A stretch of DNA of 50,219 nt from Clostridia bacterium. GTDB lineage: Bacteria > Bacillota > Sulfobacillia > RBS10-35 > JAJYVM01. A model generated the notes under the pieces. That model was not told where the DNA came from. It saw nothing but the letters and a program-made list of their open reading frames with translations, and ran no database searches. Positions 25,743-32,140 of the stretch are shown piece by piece. The position numbers and the translations under genes were made by a program. Position 1 is the first letter of the stretch, and every line of letters starts with the position of its first letter. The DNA is taken from NCBI GenBank assembly GCA_027314765.1, contig DAHVAF010000003.1, positions 1-50,219 of the forward strand. The letters are read 5' to 3'.

Positions 25743-26915
25743 ATGCAAGCCCGAGACATCATGACCCGCGACGTCCTGACGATCGCCGCGGACGCGACCC
25801 TGGGCGAAGCGGCCGCCCGGATGGCCGACCGCCGCATGGGCTGCCTGCCGGTGGTGGAGGGCGGGCGCCTGGTCGGCGTGGTCACGGAGACGGACATCGT
25901 CCGCTGCATCGAGCGCGAGCTGCCGCAGTCCGCGGCCGTCCATCCCCTGGGCTCGCGCATCCTCTGGTCGGCGAGCACCGACTACCTCGACGTGGTGGGC
26001 CAGCTGAGCGTCAGCCAGGCCATGACCCGCGAGGTGGTCAGCGTCCACCCGGCCGACACCGTGGAGCGCGTGGCCGAGGTCCTGGCCCGCCGCCGCATCA
26101 AGCGCGTCCCGGTCGTGATCTGGGACGCCGTCGTCGGCATCGTCAGCCAGATGGACCTGGTCCGCCTGCTGGCGGCCGACGATACGCTGAGCAGCCGCCC
26201 GGCCGAGTGGCTCGGCTGGCTCCTGATCCCCGCGACCGGCTTTCTGCCCCACGCGGAGCACCTGCTCGCGGCGGCCGACCTGACCCTGGACGTCGACCCG
26301 GCCCGCACACCTTTCGCGGACGCGCCGGCGGCATACGCCGACATGGTCGGTGCCCTCGAGGCGGCTGACGGGCTCACGGTCTGCCGCGTCCGCCTCACCG
26401 GCGAGCTGGTGGAGCGCGGCGGCCGCACGGCCGGCACCCGCTGGCAGTGCGTGTGGACCGCCGACGCCGCGCCGGCCGTGGTCGACTGGACGGCCGAGGC
26501 GGTCGAGCGGGCCCTGCTGCGCGAAGAGGAGCTCGGCGAGCGCATCGACGCCCGCGCCTGGGAGGCCGTGCGCACGGTGCGCCGGACGGCCGCCGGCGGC
26601 GGCGAGCCCGAGCGGATGATCCCGGCGCTGCGCGAGCTGGAGGCGGCCCGTCCGGCGGACCTGAGGCTGCCGGCCCACGTGGGCGGCGCCTTCGACGCGA
26701 TGCGGGAGGCCGCCGGCTCCATGCTGGCCGCGCGCGAGCCGGGCCGGAGCGCGATGGCCACCCACACGTGGCAGATGCAGGTCGTGCGCGCCGCGCTGGA
26801 CGCCTTCCGCAGGGCGAGCGCGGTGCTGCCGGCCACGGACCGGGCGCAGCTGCGCGCCCGCCTGAACGACGACGTGGCGGCGATGGAGCCGGCAGGAACG
26901 CCGGCGCGCAGGTGA
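25743..26915 (+). CDS. CBS-pair domain protein with an uncharacterised ~230-aa C-terminal region
   Basis: [53 protein letters not shown] plus a second CBS (MTREVVSVHPADT...IKRVPVV...IVSQMDLV). I do not recognise the rest. ATG 25743 is preceded by GGGGGAAAGCGGGGA. Confidence 0.75.
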   Translation: MQARDIMTRDVLTIAADATLGEAAARMADRRMGCLPVVEGGRLVGVVTETDIVRCIERELPQSAAVHPLGSRILWSASTDYLDVVGQLSVSQAMTREVVSVHPADTVERVAEVLARRRIKRVPVVIWDAVVGIVSQMDLVRLLAADDTLSSRPAEWLGWLLIPATGFLPHAEHLLAAADLTLDVDPARTPFADAPAAYADMVGALEAADGLTVCRVRLTGELVERGGRTAGTRWQCVWTADAAPAVVDWTAEAVERALLREEELGERIDARAWEAVRTVRRTAAGGGEPERMIPALRELEAARPADLRLPAHVGGAFDAMREAAGSMLAAREPGRSAMATHTWQMQVVRAALDAFRRASAVLPATDRAQLRARLNDDVAAMEPAGTPARR

Positions 26916-26921
26916 AGTGCA

Positions 26922-26944
26922 GGGGGCGGCCGCCGGCCGCCCCC
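26922..26944 (+). terminator. Stem-loop GGGGGCGGCC-GCC-GGCCGCCCCC followed by an AT-rich tract
   Basis: Perfect 10-bp stem starting 7 nt after the CBS-protein stop, followed by ATAATTACGGATGTAAGTATTGTTAT. It lies between convergent genes. Confidence 0.55.
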
Positions 26945-27021
26945 ATAATTACGGATGTAAGTATTGTTATGGCATGATAAAGGTTGGCACGCGCCCGCCG
27001 GACGCCCTGGCCCTCCGCGCC

Positions 27022-27357
27022 TTACGCCACCCCGCGGGCGCAGATGACATAGCCGCCGAGCCCGGCGCCCACCAGCGCGACGGCCTGCTGGGCGAACGTG
27101 AGCGGGAGGAGCAGCGCGACCAGGACCATGACGGCGGCAAGGCCCAGCAGCGGGGCGCGTCCGCGCGCCCGCCCGTGCCCCGGCAGGCCGAACGCCGAGC
27201 GGGCGCCGTAGCCCAGCAGGAGGCCTCCGCCCACCACCAGCAGGAGGTCGGCCACGTCGGCGGCCGTCGAGTGGACGGCGGCGTGGTCGGCCATCGGGGT
27301 CAGAGCCACCGCCAGCAGCACCACGCCGACCCAGAGGCGCGCCAGGCTCCGGTACAC
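27022..27357 (-). CDS. Small hypothetical membrane protein (about 3 TM)
   Basis: 111-aa ORF. GTG 27357 lies 8 nt after GGGGAGG. Hydrophobic stretches VGVVLLAVALTPM, LLLVVGGGLLLGY and LLGLAAVMVLVALLLPL. I recognise no family. Confidence 0.5.
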   Translation of the reverse strand: MYRSLARLWVGVVLLAVALTPMADHAAVHSTAADVADLLLVVGGGLLLGYGARSAFGLPGHGRARGRAPLLGLAAVMVLVALLLPLTFAQQAVALVGAGLGGYVICARGVA

Positions 27358-27446
27358 CTGAGCGACCTCCCCTTGCTGTCACGCTAGCGCACCGCCGGGG
27401 GGAGGCTCTACGGCCACGCGGCCCAGTCCGCGTGGCCACCTGGCGC

Positions 27447-27593
27447 TCAGCTTTCGGGCTCGCCCTCCTGGGCAAGGGCCTGGCTCAGGCGCTCCACCTC
27501 GCGCGCCAGCCGCGCCTGGCGGCCGCGCAGCCCGGTGATGTACAGGAACAGGGCGGTCCAGATCACCGCGTAGGCGGCGAAGAGATAACCCAC
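27447..27593 (-). CDS. ccmD: CcmD-family small membrane protein
   Basis: Not in the ORF track (under 60 aa). My translation reads (M)GYLFAAYAVIWTALFLYITGLRGRQARLAREVERLSQALAQEGEPES*. The pattern Y-L-x-A-A-Y-x-V-I-W...L-F-x-Y followed by a charged tail is typical of CcmD-family proteins. It lies directly after ccmC. An alternative in-frame GTG sits at 27611. Confidence 0.65.
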   Translation of the reverse strand: MGYLFAAYAVIWTALFLYITGLRGRQARLAREVERLSQALAQEGEPES

Positions 27594-27615
27594 CGCGACG
27601 GCACCCCCCACGTGC

Positions 27616-28296
27616 TCAGAACCGGAACCGCTCCTTCAGGCGCGCGACCGCCTCGGCCGTCTTCTCCAGCTGGACGCGCCGGCCCAGCAGGTACAGGGCG
27701 AGCAGCAGAAAGGCCGCGTAGTTGATGAACAGGCTCAGGGTCATGCGCGGGTCCATGTTGATGTTGAAGCCCTCGATCGTGTGCGGGTGCAGGCCCTGCA
27801 TCATGCTGACCGAGAGGACGATGATCGGCACGTCCACGTAGCTCAGGACGGCCCAGACGGCCGAGAGGCGCATGCGGGCCGGATCGCCCTGCGCCGCGGA
27901 GCGGATCAGCAGGTAGCCCGCATACAGCAGCCAGAGGATCAGGGTCGCCGTCAGCAGGGGCTCCCAGGTCCACCAGACCAGCCAGACGGCCCGGCCCCAG
28001 ATGGAGCCGGAGATCAGGGTGATGCTGGTGAAGAAGAGGCCGATCTCGCCGGCGCAGCGGGCCAGCAGGTCCCAGTGGTCGCCTTTGCCCAGCAGGTAGG
28101 CCAGGCTGGCCACGAAGACGACCGTGTACGCCACAAGGCACGTCCAGGCGGCGCTGATGTGGAAGTACATGATGCGGTAGACCTGGCCCATGTACGCCTC
28201 GGGCGGGGCGTAGACGAAGGCGAAGAACAGCCCGACCAGCAGGGCGCCATACACCACGGCGCCGGGCACCCGCTCGGACCAGCGCAACAGCGTCAT
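27616..28296 (-). CDS. ccmC: Haem exporter protein CcmC
   Basis: The last 226 aa of ORF 27616..28965: MTLLRWSERVPG...YFHISAAW..., Trp-rich loop SIWGRAVWLVWWTWEPLL, and a conserved His in MQGLHPH. The ATG overlaps the ccmAB stop (ATGA). Confidence 0.85.
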   Translation of the reverse strand: MTLLRWSERVPGAVVYGALLVGLFFAFVYAPPEAYMGQVYRIMYFHISAAWTCLVAYTVVFVASLAYLLGKGDHWDLLARCAGEIGLFFTSITLISGSIWGRAVWLVWWTWEPLLTATLILWLLYAGYLLIRSAAQGDPARMRLSAVWAVLSYVDVPIIVLSVSMMQGLHPHTIEGFNINMDPRMTLSLFINYAAFLLLALYLLGRRVQLEKTAEAVARLKERFRF

Positions 28297-29786
28297 CCCG
28301 AGACCTCCAGCACGAAGTCGAAGAGGAACGCCGGCAGGGCCAGGTACACCAGGTCGAAGGCGATCAGCAGGCCCGCCCAGGGCGTGGCTGCCCCCGCGGC
28401 CAGGCCGGAGCCGGCCACGGCGCCGCCCGCGAGCCGCACGGAGGCCACCAGCAGGGGCGAGAGCAGGGGCAGGGCCAGCAGCGGCTGCAGCACCTCCCCC
28501 GCCCGCGTGTGGGCGGCGATGGCGCCCGTGAGGCTGGCCACGGCGACCAGCCCGATGCTGCCCAGGCCAAGGGCCAGCAGAAACGCGCCGGGGTGGGCCG
28601 GGAAGTGCACCAGCAGCAGCATGAAGAAGATGGGGACCAGCACCGCCTCCGCCACGGCCAGGAACGCGGCGTTGGCCAGGCACTTGCCGTAGAAGATGGC
28701 GCTCGGGGCGCAGGGGGCGGCCGCCATGCCGGCCAGGGCATCGTTGCCGAGCTCGCGCGCGAAGGAGCGGCCCATGCCGAGCAGACCCGCGAAGAGCAGC
28801 GCGATCAGCAGCACGCCGGTGAAGACCGGCCGCAGGTCCTGCCCCAGGGGGTCGAAGGCGAACCCGAACATCGTCGCCACCAGCAGCCCGAAGACGCCCA
28901 TGGCGGCCAGGTTCTCGCGCCCCCGCAGCTCGAGCAGCAGGTCGCGGCCGGCCACGGCCAGGCACGTGGCGCCCCAGCTCGGCCCCCCACCCGTCCTGGC
29001 GGCGGCAGTAACTACGTTGGGCCTCACCATCGCGGCCACCGGCCGGCGCGCCCGCACCATGTCGCGGTAGCGCTCTTCGAAGGCCTGACCGCGGCCGCGG
29101 AACGGGGATGCGGCGCCCACCTCGCGCACGCGCCCGCCCGCCAGCAGCACGTAGCGGTCGGCGACCGCCAGGGCGGCCTCGAAGTCGTGGCTGGAGACCA
29201 GGGCCGCGCCGCCGGCCGCCCGCCGCGCCAGCACGCGCGCGCTGAGCCGGTCTCCAGCCTCCGCGTCCAGCCCGCTCCAGGGCTCATCCAGCAGCAGCAG
29301 GTCCGGCTCGTGCATCAGAGCCCGGCAGATCGCCAGGCGCTGCTGCATGCCGCGGGAGAAGCCGCCGGCCGGGTCGTCGGCGAAGAGGATGAGCCCCTCC
29401 TCGCGCAGCAGCGCCTCGGCCCGCGCGGCGGCGGCCTGGCGCGCCATCCCGTAGAGCCGCCCGAAGAAGACCAGGTTCTCGCGGGCGGACAGAGCGTCGC
29501 TGAAGAAGGTGCGGTGCCCCACGTACCCGATGGCCGCCCGCGGGTCGCCCCCGGCCGCCGGCCACCGCACCCCGCCGGCCTGGGGCCGCAGCACGCCAGC
29601 CGCCACCCGCAGCAGCGTGCTCTTGCCGGCGCCGTTCGGCCCGAACAGGGCCACGACTTCGCCGGGCGCCACCTCCAGGTCGACGCCGGCCAGGGCCAGG
29701 GTCTTGCCCAGGCGCACCCGCGCGCCGGCGACCTGCAGCGCCAGGGGCCGCGGCTCGCCGCCGGTCTCCAGGCGCACCGTGCTCAC
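28293..29786 (-). CDS. CcmA (ABC ATPase) fused in frame to CcmB (haem exporter permease)
   Basis: A single ORF without an internal stop. The N-terminal half has GPNGAGKSTLL, FSRGMQQRLAICRAL and LLLLDEPWSGLD. The C-terminal half (LLELRGRENLAAMGVFGLLV...FARELGNDALAGM...IFYGKCLANA...) is CcmB-like with 6 TM. GTG 29786 overlaps the upstream stop (GTGA). Confidence 0.8.
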   Translation of the reverse strand: MSTVRLETGGEPRPLALQVAGARVRLGKTLALAGVDLEVAPGEVVALFGPNGAGKSTLLRVAAGVLRPQAGGVRWPAAGGDPRAAIGYVGHRTFFSDALSARENLVFFGRLYGMARQAAAARAEALLREEGLILFADDPAGGFSRGMQQRLAICRALMHEPDLLLLDEPWSGLDAEAGDRLSARVLARRAAGGAALVSSHDFEAALAVADRYVLLAGGRVREVGAASPFRGRGQAFEERYRDMVRARRPVAAMVRPNVVTAAARTGGGPSWGATCLAVAGRDLLLELRGRENLAAMGVFGLLVATMFGFAFDPLGQDLRPVFTGVLLIALLFAGLLGMGRSFARELGNDALAGMAAAPCAPSAIFYGKCLANAAFLAVAEAVLVPIFFMLLLVHFPAHPGAFLLALGLGSIGLVAVASLTGAIAAHTRAGEVLQPLLALPLLSPLLVASVRLAGGAVAGSGLAAGAATPWAGLLIAFDLVYLALPAFLFDFVLEVSG

Positions 29787-30469
29787 GCGCTGCGCCCCGC
29801 CGCGTCGCGCCGGACGCCCACGTAGAGCAGCCCCGCCAGGGCGCAGGAAGCGATGATGATCCACACGGTCGGGGTGAAGGCCGCGGCCGCCTGCGCGATC
29901 CAGCCGGGGGCCGGTATGGCCGTGAAGGCCAGCAGAGTCCCCGGTGGAATGGCCGCGGCCCCGAACTGCCGGACGGTCAGCCCGTTGATCTGGGTGGTGC
30001 CCATGGCCGCCAGCGAGCTGGTGCGCAGCGACAGCTGGTCCGCCCGCATGATGATGGCGAGCTGGGCCGTCGGGAAGTCGACCGTCCGCACGAGGTTCAC
30101 CGGCAGCTGCGGGGCCGGCACGACGTAGCTGAAGGCCACGGTGGCGTGGCCCTGCGGCGGCAGGGTCAGGGGCAGCACGAGGTGGCTGCCGACCACCTTG
30201 GCGGCCGCCACACTCCCGCCCGACTGCACCTGCACGTTCGTCGCCCCGGGGATGAGCGGGAGCTGGATCTGCCGCAGCGCCTGGGTCTGGGGGTTGGCGA
30301 CCCGCACCACATCAAACAGGCTGAGGCTGCCCGGCGCATAGGTGATGGCGATCTGCTCGCTGTCCAGGGCCGGGCCGGACATGGTGGCGACGGGCGCCGA
30401 GGCGGCCGCGACCGGCAGCGCCGACCCCAGCAGGGCGCATCCGAATGCCAGCAGTGCCGCCAAGGGCAC
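29783..30469 (-). CDS. Hypothetical exported protein with C-terminal membrane anchor, embedded in the ccm cluster
   Basis: VPLAALLAFGCALLGSALPVAAASAP signal-like N-terminus, about 170 aa of beta-rich sequence, C-terminal TM TPTVWIIIASCALAGLLYVGV and a basic tail. The stop overlaps the ccmAB start. The start is taken as GTG 30469. Upstream of that the ORF runs through the 38-bp repeats. Confidence 0.6.
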   Translation of the reverse strand: MPLAALLAFGCALLGSALPVAAASAPVATMSGPALDSEQIAITYAPGSLSLFDVVRVANPQTQALRQIQLPLIPGATNVQVQSGGSVAAAKVVGSHLVLPLTLPPQGHATVAFSYVVPAPQLPVNLVRTVDFPTAQLAIIMRADQLSLRTSSLAAMGTTQINGLTVRQFGAAAIPPGTLLAFTAIPAPGWIAQAAAAFTPTVWIIIASCALAGLLYVGVRRDAAGRSA

Positions 30470-30495
30470 CTTCGTACTGTGCCACTCCTCTGATT

Positions 30496-30609
30496 TGGCA
30501 GCCGCGCGGCCGGACCCGCGCGGTCCTCTGACGTGGCAGCCGCGCGGCCCGACCCGCGCGGCCGTCTGACCTGGCAACCGCGCGGCCCGACCCGCGCGGT
30601 TCGCGCTTC
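30496..30609. repeat. Three tandem 38-bp REP-like hairpin repeats between ccmE and the next gene
   Basis: TGGCAGCCGCGCGGCCGGACCCGCGCGGTCCTCTGACG / TGGCAGCCGCGCGGCCCGACCCGCGCGGCCGTCTGACC / TGGCAACCGCGCGGCCCGACCCGCGCGGTTCGCGCTTCA. Each unit carries two copies of the self-complementary octamer CCGCGCGG separated by 6 nt, giving an 8-9 bp stem. Confidence 0.8.
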
Positions 30610-30617
30610 ATGGACGG

Positions 30618-31037
30618 TCAGCTCGTGGACGGTGCGGCGGTGTAGCGGCTCGGGCACTTGACCATGAGCTGGGACGCGTGGAAGACTCCGTCCGCGCCGA
30701 GCCGGCCCGCAACCACGACGTTGGTTATGCCGGGCTCGAAGGGGTTCGGCTCAGGCCCGTTGTAGACGACGTGGACCTGATTGGCCGTGCTCTGGCCTGC
30801 GAGCGTGAACGTGAGCTGCAGGTCGCTCGGCGACCACCTGAACCCCGGCTGCAGCATGCCGTTGACCTGCACGAACTGCCCGTCGGCCTTGGCGCCCAGC
30901 GCCGTGAACTGGTCGACGGTGTAGTAGTACGTTGTGGAGCTCGGGCCAAGGCTCATGGCCGTGAGCACCCCGATGGCGGCCAGCACGCCAAGCACCGCGA
31001 CGCCGATCTGCCAGCGCTTGCCGCCCCACCTGCGCAC
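30618..31037 (-). CDS. ccmE: Haem chaperone CcmE, Cys-variant (CxxxY)
   Basis: RRWGGKRWQIGVAVLGVLAAIGVL (TM anchor)...YYYTVDQF...FVQVNGMLQPG...LTFTL...VVYNGPEPNPFEPG..VVVAGRL...FHASQLMVKCPSRY aligns with E. coli CcmE, with Cys at the position of haem-binding His130. GTG 31037 lies 6 nt after GGGGA. The track start is 31145. Confidence 0.8.
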   Translation of the reverse strand: MRRWGGKRWQIGVAVLGVLAAIGVLTAMSLGPSSTTYYYTVDQFTALGAKADGQFVQVNGMLQPGFRWSPSDLQLTFTLAGQSTANQVHVVYNGPEPNPFEPGITNVVVAGRLGADGVFHASQLMVKCPSRYTAAPSTS

Positions 31038-31092
31038 GAGCCGTCCCCGCTTTCCTGCCGGCGCGCGACCGAGCGCGCGCACCTCCGACGCC

Positions 31093-31142
31093 GGCCCGCG
31101 CGGCCCGACCGCGCGCCCCACTGACCTCATCCGCGCGCGGAT
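31093..31142. repeat. Degenerate copy of the same REP-like unit plus the 14-bp palindrome ATCCGCGCGCGGAT, in the ccmE leader
   Basis: GGCCCGCGCGGCCCGACCGCGCGCCCCACTGACCT (31093-31127), then ATCCGCGCGCGGAT (31129-42). Confidence 0.6.
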
Positions 31143-31156
31143 CACTCGCGCGCCTC

Positions 31157-31186
31157 ATTATAAGTCAACCCGCAGACGCGCACCAA
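31157..31186 (-). promoter_or_regulatory. Sigma-70-like promoter TTGGTG-N18-TATAAT upstream of ccmE
   Basis: Minus-strand reading GATTGGTGCGCGTCTGCGGGTTGACTTATAATGAGG. It is one of very few AT-rich patches in the window. Confidence 0.4.
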
Positions 31187-31267
31187 TCGCCCGATGGTAC
31201 TACACGTGTGCTCCGGACGACCCTGGCCAAAGCCGCGCGGCGCCCGTGGCGGCCGGGGCGGTGCCCC

Positions 31268-32140
31268 CTACGCCTTCAGCGCCCCTTTGACGAGCGGCGC
31301 GACCTCCCACGGCAGCTGCGCCACCTTGGCCCCGCCGGCCGTGAGGGCGGAGACCTTGCTCTCAAAGGTGCCGCGGCCGCGCTCGATGATGGCGCCGGCG
31401 TGGCCCATGCGCTTGCCGGGAGGCGCGCTCTTGCCCGCCAGGTAGGCGATGACGGGCTTGCTCATGCCCTTGATGTACTCGGCGGCCTCCTCCTCGGCCG
31501 TGCCGCCGATCTCGCCGATGAGCACGACGACCTCGGTCTCCGGGTCCCGCTCGAAGCGCTTCAGCATGTCGATGAAGTTCAGGCCGGCGACCCGGTCGCC
31601 GCCCATGCCGACGACGGTGGTCTGGCCGAGCCCGGCATCCGTCAGCGAGCCCACCAGCTCGTACGAAAGCGTGCCGGAGCGGGCCACGACGCCCACCGGG
31701 CCGGACTGGAAGATGGAGTTCGGCGGGATGCCGATCTTGCAGCGCGCCGACGGGGCGCACAGGCCGTAGGTGTTGGGCCCGACGATGGTCGTGCCGCGCT
31801 CGGCCGCGAAGGCGTTGATCACCATGGCGTCATGCAGGGGCACGTGCTCGGAGATGACCACGACGAGCGGCACGCCGGCGTCGATGCACTCCATGACCGA
31901 GTCCTTGGCGAGGGTCCCCGGCACGAACACCACGGCCGCGTTGGCCCCGTGCTTCTCGACGGCCGTCTCCACCGTGTCGTAGACGGGCACGCCGGAGACC
32001 TCCTGGCCCTGCCGCCCGGGCGTGACGCCCGCCACGACCCGCGTCCCGAACTCCAGCATCTGGCCCAGGTGAAAGCTGCCCTGGCGCCCGGTCGCCCCGG
32101 TCACGACGACCCGCGTCTTCTCGTCGCCCAGCACGCTCAT
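31268..32140 (-). CDS. sucD: Succinyl-CoA synthetase alpha subunit
   Basis: 290 aa: [31 protein letters not shown] (catalytic His). It overlaps the sucC stop by 4 nt. Confidence 0.95.
   Translation of the reverse strand: MSVLGDEKTRVVVTGATGRQGSFHLGQMLEFGTRVVAGVTPGRQGQEVSGVPVYDTVETAVEKHGANAAVVFVPGTLAKDSVMECIDAGVPLVVVISEHVPLHDAMVINAFAAERGTTIVGPNTYGLCAPSARCKIGIPPNSIFQSGPVGVVARSGTLSYELVGSLTDAGLGQTTVVGMGGDRVAGLNFIDMLKRFERDPETEVVVLIGEIGGTAEEEAAEYIKGMSKPVIAYLAGKSAPPGKRMGHAGAIIERGRGTFESKVSALTAGGAKVAQLPWEVAPLVKGALKA

Noticed and set aside
24117-26765. 882-aa minus-strand ORF
   Set aside because: Only the C-terminal 136 aa (zinc-ribbon/DUF4359-like protein from ATG 24527) look real. The rest is antisense to the HAD and CBS genes.
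26945-26990. AT-rich island (ATAATTACGGATGTAAGTATTGTTATGGCATGATAAAGGTTGGCAC) as a possible sRNA gene, sigma-54 promoter (TGGCAC) or mobile-element scar
   Set aside because: It lies between two convergent stop codons, directly after a strong hairpin. The TGGCAC is not followed by a TTGC -12 element at the right spacing. I found no convincing -35/-10 pair or second hairpin. It is most simply the T/A-rich tail of a bidirectional terminator region.
28293-29864. Separate ccmA and ccmB genes hidden in ORF 28293..29864
   Set aside because: I looked for a stop or an obvious frame change at the ATPase/permease junction and found none. The track ORF is continuous and both halves are in the same frame, so I report it as a fusion, pending read-level confirmation.
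30496-30609. Possible CRISPR array (regular 38-bp repeats)
   Set aside because: The units are directly adjacent with no unique spacers, and there are only three copies. No cas genes are present. Related single copies occur elsewhere in spacers, so I interpret this as REP-like.
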